DNA of 6,329 nucleotides from a virus (Duplodnaviria; Heunggongvirae; Uroviricota; Caudoviricetes): IMG/VR virus record IMGVR_UViG_2547132488_000017, positions 1 to 6,329 of that record; one strand, 5' to 3'. Shown piece by piece: positions 1 to 6,049 of this stretch (position 1 is its first letter; each line of letters starts with the position of its first letter). The notes under the pieces were generated by a model. It saw only the letters and a program-made list of their open reading frames with translations, ran no database searches and was not told where the DNA came from. The position numbers and the translations under genes were made by a program.

Positions 1-2
1 GA

Positions 3-557
3 GTGATCGTAAATATGATATACCCGGAAATTACAGGCAAAAGCGGCGAGCATTTACGTCTAAAAACGCTGGAAGCCGTCTGGATCCAGGGGAAATTACG
101 GATGTGGGGGCGTTGGTCGTATATAGGTGGTGGCAAAACAGGAAATATGTTCAATCAGTTGCTGGCATCCAAAAAACTGACAAAAACCGCGATCAATGAA
201 GCCCTGCGTAGACTCAGGGAGTCAGGGATTGATAAACCAGAGCTGGAAGCATTCTTGCGAGAGATGATCGCTGGCAGACAGAAGAGCTGGTTGTCTCACT
301 GTACTGATGCAGAGGCGTTACGCATTGATGGGGTGATAAGTAAAGCGCTTGCACGTTATCCTGGATTGATTGATATTCTGCGGCAAAGGTACGAAGGGCG
401 GGGGATGAGTAAACGCAAAATGGCTGAATTGTTGAATGAGGTGCACCCGGAATGGTGTTTTAGTACATGCGAAAAGCGAATTGCTAATTGGTTGGCTGTT
501 GCTGAATATGCGCTATACATCCCTATGCGAGAATCGTTTGCTCAAAAAATGGCTTGA
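3..557 (+). CDS. Putative late-gene antitermination protein (Q-like); may be 5'-truncated at the window edge
   Basis: 184-aa ORF opening with GTG at nt 3 with no upstream sequence available. Contains a W-G-x-W motif (LRMWGRW) recalled from Q-family antiterminators. It is followed 85 nt later by a strong intrinsic terminator and then by late/lysis genes, the classic Q-pR'-tR' layout. Family assignment is from context and memory, not a search. Confidence 0.5.
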   Translation: MIVNMIYPEITGKSGEHLRLKTLEAVWIQGKLRMWGRWSYIGGGKTGNMFNQLLASKKLTKTAINEALRRLRESGIDKPELEAFLREMIAGRQKSWLSHCTDAEALRIDGVISKALARYPGLIDILRQRYEGRGMSKRKMAELLNEVHPEWCFSTCEKRIANWLAVAEYALYIPMRESFAQKMA

Positions 558-641
558 TTTTTTACGCATAAACTGTTTCAATCCAGCTACGCTTCGCAAA
601 GCTGTACCGCGAGGCGAATAGCAGACATGGACACCTGAAAG

Positions 642-665
642 AACCCGCTTTATGCGGGTTTTTTT
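642..665 (+). terminator. Rho-independent terminator (tR'-like) downstream of the Q-like gene
   Basis: Stem CCCGC (644-648) / GCGGG (654-658), loop TTTAT, followed by 7 T (659-665). Flanking A642/A643 can extend the stem. Position matches lambda tR'. Confidence 0.75.
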
Positions 666-788
666 ATGCCTGAAAAACGGCACAGAACATTAAACGCGCT
701 GGTAGTTGTGAATACTGGTCTTTCAGCTTGCTGGCTTTTTCGACAAGAGTTATTGGTATGTCACGTTAACCAGAAAAGGGAAAAAGAC

Positions 789-986
789 ATGCTAAAACAG
801 CAGGATATGACCGAAACCGCCAGAGTGGTGTTTAATGAGTTAAGCGTCACCGAACCGGCGACCGTCGGGGAGATTGCACAGAATACTTACCTTTCACGCG
901 AACGCTGCCAGTTAATACTGACCCAGCTTGTTATGGCGGGTCTGGCAGATTATCAGTTCGGTTGTTACAGACGCCTTCCTCAGTGA
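789..986 (+). CDS. Small hypothetical protein, possible winged-helix DNA-binding regulator (65 aa)
   Basis: In-frame ATG at 789 preceded by AAGGG (776-780) with 8-nt spacer. The ATG at 666 that opens the listed ORF abuts the terminator T-run and has no SD. Pattern TVGEIAQNTYLSRERCQLILTQLVMAGLADY looks like a recognition helix plus wing of small wHTH proteins. Product assignment is tentative. Confidence 0.45.
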   Translation: MLKQQDMTETARVVFNELSVTEPATVGEIAQNTYLSRERCQLILTQLVMAGLADYQFGCYRRLPQ

Positions 987-1041
987 AGGCTTTTTAATTT
1001 GTGGTAATGGGCGGCTGGTGGGTGTTAGCGGCACCTGCCAG

Positions 1042-1090
1042 CCATCTGCTCATGCGTTGGGGTCACAAGCAAACCTCAGGCCCATCTGCT
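1042..1090. repeat. Two copies of a 9-bp direct repeat CCATCTGCT (1042-1050 and 1082-1090) in the intergenic region upstream of the methyltransferase
   Basis: Exact 9-mer repeated 40 bp apart (about 4 helical turns), each followed by a TGCG-containing stretch. Candidate operator; no functional evidence. Confidence 0.3.
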
Positions 1091-1136
1091 TTGCGCAAAA
1101 GCGGTATGAGCCTATCAGAGAAGCGCTTATTGATCT

Positions 1137-2183
1137 ATGGTTAATACTGTAAAAATATCCAGTTGTGAGTTAATCAACGCTGATTGCCTGGAATTTATCC
1201 AGACCTTACCGGAAAACTCTGTCGATCTGATAGTCACAGACCCGCCATACTTTAAAGTGAAGCCCGAGGGCTGGGATAACCAGTGGAAGGGCGACGATGA
1301 TTACCTGAAATGGCTGGACCAGTGTCTGGCGCAATTCTGGCGGGTACTGAAGCCTGCCGGAAGTCTTTACCTGTTCTGTGATCATCGCCTGGCATCTGAT
1401 ATCGAAATCATGATGCGTGAACGCTTTAATGTGCTGAACCACATTATCTGGGCGAAGCCGTCCGGGCGCTGGAACGGATGCAACAAGGAAAGCCTGCGGA
1501 CGTATTTCCCGGCAACAGAACGCATTCTGTTTGCAGAACATTATCAGGGGCCATACCAGCCCAAAAATGACGGCTATGCGGCAAAGGGGCGTGAACTAAA
1601 ACAGCACGTCATGGCCCCGCTGATTTCTTACTTTCGTGATGCGCGTGAATCACTGGGAATAACGTCAAAACAGATAGCGGAAGCCACCGGAAAGAAAAAC
1701 ATGGCTTCGCACTGGTTTGGTACCAGTCAGTGGCAGTTGCCGAATGAAGGCGATTATCTGAAATTACAGGCGTTGTTTGCGCGTGTTGCAGCAGAAAAAC
1801 ATCAGCGCGGTGAACTGGAAAAGCCACACCACCAGCTGGTCAGCACATACAGTGAACTGAACCGGCAATATGCCAGTCTGCTGGAGGAGTACAAATCCCT
1901 GCGGCGTTATTTTTCCGTATCGGCTGCCGTTCCGTATACGGATGTCTGGACGCACAAGCCTGTGCAGTATTACCCCGGCAAACATCCCTGTGAGAAACCG
2001 GCGGATATGTTGCGTCAGATAATTACCGCCAGCAGCCATCCGGGAGATTTGGTCGCTGATTTTTTTATGGGGTCGGGGTCAACAATAAAAGCAGCATTAT
2101 CGCTGGGAAGGCGTGCAATAGGTGTGGAACTGGAAGAAGAGAGATTTAACCAGACTGTAATTGAAATAAAAAATAATCGTTAA
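1137..2183 (+). CDS. DNA methyltransferase, beta-class N6-adenine/N4-cytosine family (DPPY motif favours N6-adenine); orphan, no adjacent restriction gene
   Basis: 348-aa ORF. Catalytic motif IV VTDPPYF near the N-terminus and AdoMet-binding motif I DFFMGSGST near the C-terminus (order IV then I = beta class). TAA stop at 2181-2183. Start codon ATG 1137 has only a weak SD, so the exact start is uncertain. Confidence 0.88.
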   Translation: MVNTVKISSCELINADCLEFIQTLPENSVDLIVTDPPYFKVKPEGWDNQWKGDDDYLKWLDQCLAQFWRVLKPAGSLYLFCDHRLASDIEIMMRERFNVLNHIIWAKPSGRWNGCNKESLRTYFPATERILFAEHYQGPYQPKNDGYAAKGRELKQHVMAPLISYFRDARESLGITSKQIAEATGKKNMASHWFGTSQWQLPNEGDYLKLQALFARVAAEKHQRGELEKPHHQLVSTYSELNRQYASLLEEYKSLRRYFSVSAAVPYTDVWTHKPVQYYPGKHPCEKPADMLRQIITASSHPGDLVADFFMGSGSTIKAALSLGRRAIGVELEEERFNQTVIEIKNNR

Positions 2184-2262
2184 ATGTGTGTATCATTATT
2201 TCTGTATTTCATGAATAATAGAAATTTATACATATATTTACGAATATTAACACAGTTTTTAA

Positions 2263-2290
2263 TTGAAAAAGTATCTGTCCTCATTAATAT
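2263..2290 (+). promoter_or_regulatory. Candidate sigma70 promoter for the tRNA pair
   Basis: TTGAAA (2263-2268), 16-bp spacer, TAATAT (2285-2290), preceded by an approx 80-bp AT-rich tract (possible UP element) and followed by a GC-rich discriminator-like CCCTGCGG. Lies about 55 nt upstream of the tRNA-Thr 5' end. Confidence 0.4.
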
Positions 2291-2351
2291 TCCCTGCGGT
2301 TCCAAGGGAGATGTAAAGCGCGGTCATTTTTATTTTTCCTGAGGAACCAAT

Positions 2352-2427
<76 letters not shown>

Positions 2428-2430
2428 TAT

Positions 2431-2505
<75 letters not shown>

Positions 2506-2867
2506 GCATTTGAAATAAGCCTTATTGTATTGCAGCACTGGCGTATTTTTTATTACGTGGGAGCAGGTTGTTTTGAAAAAGCATTCTGTTCTCTGGCTAT
2601 GATTTGAGGCCAGGTTAGCCTCAGTGCTGATTTTTCTGCGACAGCAGAATGGTGCATTGCTGGTGGAGATTTTGTATTTCCTGGCAGGGTCGGTGATGCA
2701 TCATTCTGGTGTTGTAAATAACACCACCGGGGTGTTCCTCAGAGCGAGGGTGGTTAAAAGAGTCGGTTTAACGGGAAATCACAGTATTCATACAGGACGG
2801 AATACTTCGGGAGGCACCCGACACCTCGGTTTTATTACAATTAAGAATGTATTTCTTGCATTGACCA

Positions 2868-2892
2868 ACCGCCGTATCCGGCGGTTTTTTTT
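2868..2892 (+). terminator. Rho-independent terminator
   Basis: Stem ACCGCCG (2868-2874) / CGGCGGT (2879-2885), loop TATC, followed by an 8-T run (2885-2892). Confidence 0.8.
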
Positions 2893-3025
2893 ATTCAGAA
2901 TCTCGTTTCTTTATGGTTCGCTGCGGCGGGCCTTTTTTATATCTGCGTTTCACTCAACGTGTATTGAATCTGAATACATCACATAAAAGACATCGGTGGA
3001 TGCCTTCGACGGGGTGTTTTATTAC

Positions 3026-3047
3026 GGGCCGCTGGCGGCCCTTTTTT
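3026..3047 (+). terminator. Rho-independent terminator immediately upstream of the holin RBS
   Basis: GC-only stem GGGCCG (3026-3031) / CGGCCC (3036-3041), loop CTGG, then TTTTTT (3042-3047). The holin SD AGGAG (3054-3058) follows within 7 nt. Confidence 0.8.
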
Positions 3048-3066
3048 ATTTACAGGAGAAAAAAGT

Positions 3067-3459
3067 ATGTCTGAACCCTTGTCCGGTTCCGGCACGGCTG
3101 CGGCGCTCGGTGGGGCGACGGTATTCGGGCTGTTTACCGGAACGGATTTCGGGATTGTGTTTGGTGCGTTCGCCGGGGCGTTATTTGTGGCAACGATGCC
3201 GCAGGCGCTTTCAGCCTGGCGTGTGGCGGCGCATTTTCTGGTGTCGTTCATTATCGGCGTGCTGGGCGCAGAGGTTCTGGCATCCTGGCTGGTAAAGCAT
3301 ACAGGGTTTGACGGTGCACCTGTTGACGCACTGTGTGCAGTACTGGTGTCAGTGGTGTCGGTGAAGATTCTGTCATTCATCCACCAGCAGGATATTGCAT
3401 CACTGGTGTCCGGCCTGTTCTCCCGTCTGCGTGGCGGAGGAGGCGGCAATGTTAAGTAA
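3067..3459 (+). CDS. Putative holin (class I-like, three predicted TMDs, charged C-terminus)
   Basis: 130-aa ORF with SD AGGAG 8 nt upstream. Three hydrophobic segments (approx residues 15-43, 57-78, 86-107) and a basic, Gly-rich C-terminal tail (RLRGGGGGNVK). First gene of a cassette that contains a peptidoglycan hydrolase. Confidence 0.6.
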   Translation: MSEPLSGSGTAAALGGATVFGLFTGTDFGIVFGAFAGALFVATMPQALSAWRVAAHFLVSFIIGVLGAEVLASWLVKHTGFDGAPVDALCAVLVSVVSVKILSFIHQQDIASLVSGLFSRLRGGGGGNVK

Positions 3460-3724
3460 CCTTCCCGGATTACTGAATGTGGCGTTATGCACGGTTATCG
3501 TGCTGACGCTCTTTTTTTATCGTCGCCGTGATTCCAGACATAAACCGCTGATGTCATGGCTGGCCTGGCTGCTGATGCTGCTGTATGCCTTTGCGCCCCT
3601 CAGCTATCTGTGTGGTCGCCCGTTAGCAACGGGCTGGCTGGAAGTGTTTTTTAACCTGCTGTTCTGCGTGCTGGTGATACGCGCACGCGGGAACGTCACA
3701 AAAATCTTTCCATTGTTGAGGTGA
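3449..3724 (+). CDS. Small membrane protein (91 aa), putative second holin/antiholin or lysis accessory protein
   Basis: In-frame ATG at 3449 preceded by GGAGG (3436-3440) with 8-nt spacer; overlaps the holin stop (3457-3459) by 11 nt, suggesting translational coupling. Two to three hydrophobic helices separated by an RRRDSRHK loop. Its TGA stop (3722-3724) lies 2 nt before the endolysin ATG. Confidence 0.55.
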   Translation: MLSNLPGLLNVALCTVIVLTLFFYRRRDSRHKPLMSWLAWLLMLLYAFAPLSYLCGRPLATGWLEVFFNLLFCVLVIRARGNVTKIFPLLR

Positions 3725-3726
3725 AT

Positions 3727-4104
3727 ATGTCGGGTAAATTCAGATTTAGTCGTCGCAGCGAAAAGAATCTGGAGGGCGTTAAACCACAGCTGGTTGCTGT
3801 CGTTCGCCGTGCGCTGGAGCTGACGGAGGTTGATTTCGGTATTACGGAAGGCCTGCGCAGTAAGTATCGCCAGAAACAGCTGGTCGCGGAAGGGAAAAGC
3901 CAGACCATGAACAGCCGCCACCTGACCGGTGATGCGGTGGATGTTGTGGCCTACATTGGCAGCCAGGTGTCATGGGACTGGCCTCTGTACGAGAAAATCG
4001 CGCAGGCATTTAAGCAGGCTGCTGCAGAGCTGGGGACTGCCATCGAATGGGGCGGGGACTGGAAAACACTGAAAGACGGGCCTCACTTTCAGTTGAAACG
4101 CTGA
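3727..4104 (+). CDS. Endolysin, peptidase M15 family (LAS-type Zn metallopeptidase, L-alanyl-D-glutamate endopeptidase-like)
   Basis: 125 aa from ATG 3727 (GAGG at 3718-3721, 5-nt spacer). Contains S-x-H-x(6)-D zinc-ligand motif (NSRHLTGDAVDV) and a downstream His (GPHF), as in T5-type endolysins and VanY-like peptidases. Sits right after the holin-like genes. Confidence 0.82.
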   Translation: MSGKFRFSRRSEKNLEGVKPQLVAVVRRALELTEVDFGITEGLRSKYRQKQLVAEGKSQTMNSRHLTGDAVDVVAYIGSQVSWDWPLYEKIAQAFKQAAAELGTAIEWGGDWKTLKDGPHFQLKR

Positions 4105-4118
4105 TAACCAGGTGTGTT

Positions 4119-4316
4119 ATGAGCAGAAAACACTGGACGCACAGAATGCCGCGAACGGCGGCGAAATGGGCACTGGTAGAGATACTGGTGCCTTTTTTAT
4201 TGGTGGGATGCGTCAGCCTGGATAAAGCGCGTCAGCTTTTCGATACAGCCTCTCAGGTCTGTGAAATTGTCGACGCTGTTAGATGCTGCGTTAAAATAAA
4301 TGATCATTATCAATGA
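4119..4316 (+). CDS. Small lipoprotein (65 aa), possible spanin-like or exclusion lipoprotein
   Basis: ATG 4119 with AGGTG 4 nt upstream. N-terminal basic region, hydrophobic stretch and lipobox L-V-G-C (Cys31). The 34-aa mature part has 4 Cys and no C-terminal TMD. It is not embedded in or paired with a recognisable i-spanin. An alternative start at Met10 (4146) is possible. Confidence 0.5.
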   Translation: MSRKHWTHRMPRTAAKWALVEILVPFLLVGCVSLDKARQLFDTASQVCEIVDAVRCCVKINDHYQ

Positions 4317-4337
4317 GTTAGATTGTGCCCGGTGATA

Positions 4338-4370
4338 ATTTCTCCATGCGTACGCAACAATTGGAGAAAT
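4338..4370 (+). promoter_or_regulatory. Perfect 9-bp inverted repeat enclosing the SD of the next ORF, with a nested 10-bp palindrome
   Basis: ATTTCTCCA (4338-4346) is the exact reverse complement of TGGAGAAAT (4362-4370), which contains the SD GGAGA (4363-4367) for the ATG at 4375. The intervening TGCGTACGCA (4347-4356) is itself a perfect palindrome. Could form an RBS-sequestering RNA hairpin or be a DNA operator. Confidence 0.45.
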
Positions 4371-4374
4371 ACGT

Positions 4375-4581
4375 ATGAAGTACTATGTTCACACTCTTGA
4401 AGATGCTCAGAACGATCACGAAGTTCATACAGAAACTTGTTTTCGACTTCCTGACGCAAACAATCGTAAGGAGCTGGGTGAGTTTAACTCATGCGAGCCA
4501 GCTGTGAGGGCTGCAAAAAATCTGGGCTACACAAGAGCAAATGGGTGTTACTGGTGCTGTAGAGATTGCCATACATCCTGA
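4375..4581 (+). CDS. Hypothetical small Cys/His-rich protein (68 aa)
   Basis: ATG 4375 with SD GGAGA at 7-nt spacing. 6 Cys and 4 His, including a C-terminal CYWCCRDCH cluster, suggesting metal binding. Followed by a terminator. No family recognised. Confidence 0.5.
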   Translation: MKYYVHTLEDAQNDHEVHTETCFRLPDANNRKELGEFNSCEPAVRAAKNLGYTRANGCYWCCRDCHTS

Positions 4582-4606
4582 CAGAAGATGTGAACTTAAT
4601 GGTAAA

Positions 4607-4628
4607 GGTCGCTTCGGCGGCCTTTTTT
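4607..4628 (+). terminator. Rho-independent terminator
   Basis: Stem GGTCGC (4607-4612) / GCGGCC (4617-4622) with one G-U pair, UUCG tetraloop (4613-4616), then TTTTTT (4623-4628). Confidence 0.75.
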
Positions 4629-4660
4629 ATTGCTCAAAAAACGAAAGAACGGAGGTACGT

Positions 4661-4942
4661 ATGTACGCACTGAAAAAAATTACGGTAACTGAAGATGGTC
4701 GCCAGGTTGAGGAAGTGCATGTCCTTGGGGATATGTATCGCCTGGAGTTCTATCCGCGTGACACTCATCTTGCTGCAAAAATTGAGTATTGCCGGGACGG
4801 GAATACTCCATGTATTCCGGTAGAAAAAGAGGATGAGGTTTACATTACCACACTGACCGGAGACACGGTGCGTTGTATCTGTCGCGGTGACAGTAAAGCC
4901 CGGGATGAAATAGCCAGATGTCGCACTCACACCAGTAAATAA
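4661..4942 (+). CDS. Hypothetical protein (93 aa)
   Basis: In-frame ATG at 4661 with strong SD GGAGG (4651-4655, 5-nt spacer). The longer listed ORF start at 4541 overlaps the preceding gene and the terminator, so the internal start is preferred. 5 Cys. No family recognised. Confidence 0.55.
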   Translation: MYALKKITVTEDGRQVEEVHVLGDMYRLEFYPRDTHLAAKIEYCRDGNTPCIPVEKEDEVYITTLTGDTVRCICRGDSKARDEIARCRTHTSK

Positions 4943-5205
4943 AAAGTAAAGTCCCGGCTGCGCCAATTATTTGATGCAGCTCCTCAGGCCTGTCCGCTGA
5001 TTGATGGCATCCGGCAGTGTCTGCAGAACTGATCGCCTGTAAGAGCAGAATATTTCGCTGAAAAATGAAGGATGCGCCAGCGTCCGGAAAGCATGAAATT
5101 CTGCTGTGTGTGTCAATTTGTCTTATACATTCTGAATCTTGCCGAATCAGGATGAACTTTGAACAACAGCCCGGGCGGCAAGGGGCATTTTTATCCGGAG
5201 GGGAT

Positions 5206-5430
5206 ATGAAGAGATTACTGGTAACCGTAAAGCCCTTTAACGGAACGATTCCATTCAGGGTTTTGCAGCGTGGACGTGTTCTGGTTAAGGATATCTTCAG
5301 TGGTAAATGCACGGAGTGTTATTCCCGGACATATGAAGTGGATGCCACGGATGAAGAAATTTCTGTTGAATGTGATCTGAACGCAAATATGGCGGGGATT
5401 GTAACGGCCACGTTGTTGCCTATTTCATGA
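5206..5430 (+). CDS. Hypothetical protein (74 aa)
   Basis: ATG 5206 preceded by GGAGGGG (5197-5203). In-frame upstream ATGs at 5065 and 5149 lack an SD. Contains a C-x-x-C pair (KCTEC). Preceded by a 263-bp non-coding gap. Confidence 0.45.
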   Translation: MKRLLVTVKPFNGTIPFRVLQRGRVLVKDIFSGKCTECYSRTYEVDATDEEISVECDLNANMAGIVTATLLPIS

Positions 5431-5470
5431 ATGACATAGAATGTCTCTGGGTACCCAAAAGGAGAACACT

Positions 5471-5686
5471 ATGTTTGTAGAAAATAACCTGAAGGCTGAT
5501 CCTGATAATCAGGGATGGGTTCTGGGTTGGGCTGTAGTACGTGACAAACCCTGGCATCTGGTCGGCATTTATGCAACGGAGGATGGCGCAAAGTCTAAAC
5601 GCTCTGAATTGAATGGGGAGTATGAAGTTCGTTATGGTTCCCATCGTTTAGGTAGTGATGATTTTATGTCTGTCGGACTTAGCTAA
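5471..5686 (+). CDS. Hypothetical protein (71 aa)
   Basis: ATG 5471 with SD AAGGAG (5459-5464) at 6-nt spacing; the listed start at 5441 has no SD. Followed by a strong terminator. Confidence 0.55.
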   Translation: MFVENNLKADPDNQGWVLGWAVVRDKPWHLVGIYATEDGAKSKRSELNGEYEVRYGSHRLGSDDFMSVGLS

Positions 5687-5707
5687 CTGGCTGTGATGCC
5701 TGTTTGT

Positions 5708-5732
5708 AGCCCCGCAAATGCGGGGCTTTTTT
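5708..5732 (+). terminator. Rho-independent terminator
   Basis: Stem AGCCCCGC (5708-5715) / GCGGGGCT (5720-5727), loop AAAT, T-run 5727-5732. Confidence 0.85.
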
Positions 5733-5748
5733 ATATCTGGAGATGATG

Positions 5749-6045
5749 ATGGAAAAAACAGAAAACAAACCGGTTGTAATTGGTGCCGCTGCTGTTCCGT
5801 TTAAGTTTGAACTGTCACAACTGGTGGAAGTATGCATCAGTGATGAATGGGGTGAGGTTAAAGCTCGCGCTCAGTATGCGGGTGGCGAAAATCAGTACTT
5901 ACTCCACTACAAAGCAGCTGATGGTCGCGCCACGACGGAGTGGTTTGGTGAGTCAATGCTGGAAGCAACAGAAGATGATCGTCATCCTGGTTGTCCGGTA
6001 TTTGCCGGTATGGAATTACCGAAAGGCGCGGTAGTTACTGAGTAA
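5749..6045 (+). CDS. Hypothetical acidic protein (98 aa from the third of three tandem ATGs)
   Basis: Three consecutive ATGs at 5743, 5746 and 5749. GGAG at 5739-5742 gives the best spacing (6 nt) for 5749. TAA stop at 6043-6045. No family recognised. Confidence 0.55.
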   Translation: MEKTENKPVVIGAAAVPFKFELSQLVEVCISDEWGEVKARAQYAGGENQYLLHYKAADGRATTEWFGESMLEATEDDRHPGCPVFAGMELPKGAVVTE

Positions 6046-6049
6046 CAGG

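Noticed and set aside
436-621. 61-aa + strand ORF overlapping the 3' end of the Q-like gene in another frame
   Set aside because: Overlaps a longer, better-supported ORF and has no SD.
666-788. N-terminal extension of the small wHTH ORF from the ATG at 666
   Set aside because: The ATG immediately follows the terminator U-tract with no SD; the internal ATG at 789 has an AAGGG SD.
928-1152. 74-aa + strand ORF spanning the end of the wHTH gene and the intergenic region, ending 16 nt into the methyltransferase
   Set aside because: Its ATG is inside the wHTH gene in another frame and there is no SD. A short upstream leader peptide coupled to the methyltransferase start cannot be fully excluded.
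1206-2039. Three minus-strand ORFs (111, 72 and 91 aa) inside the methyltransferase gene
   Set aside because: Fully antisense to a strongly supported gene with conserved motifs; typical shadow ORFs.
2605-2635. Hairpin TGAGGC/GCCTCA followed by a T-run 7 nt downstream, as a possible terminator of the tRNA transcript
   Set aside because: The T-run is separated from the stem, so it is at best a weak terminator; not listed as a feature.
2624-2986. 120-aa + strand ORF in the spacer between the tRNAs and the holin
   Set aside because: Biased, low-complexity sequence (runs of R, F, L); it spans at least two intrinsic terminator hairpins and has no SD.
2979-3449. 156-aa minus-strand ORF (Pro/Ala/Ser-rich) antisense to the holin
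   Set aside because: Low-complexity translation of the reverse complement of a GC-rich membrane-protein gene; no SD; overlaps a well-supported + strand gene and a terminator.
3604-3921. Minus-strand ORFs (105 and 70 aa) antisense to the second membrane protein and the endolysin
   Set aside because: Shadow ORFs of well-supported + strand genes; no translation signals.
4047-4118. Upstream extension of the lipoprotein ORF overlapping the endolysin 3' end, a possible embedded Rz1-like arrangement
   Set aside because: The ATG at 4047 has no SD; the ATG at 4119 lies after the endolysin stop and has an AGGTG SD, so the gene is adjacent rather than embedded.
4845-5312. 155-aa minus-strand ORF across the 4943-5205 gap and into neighbouring genes
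   Set aside because: Overlaps two + strand ORFs antisense and has no SD at its start. The gap itself probably holds regulatory sequence, but I could not identify a convincing promoter in it.
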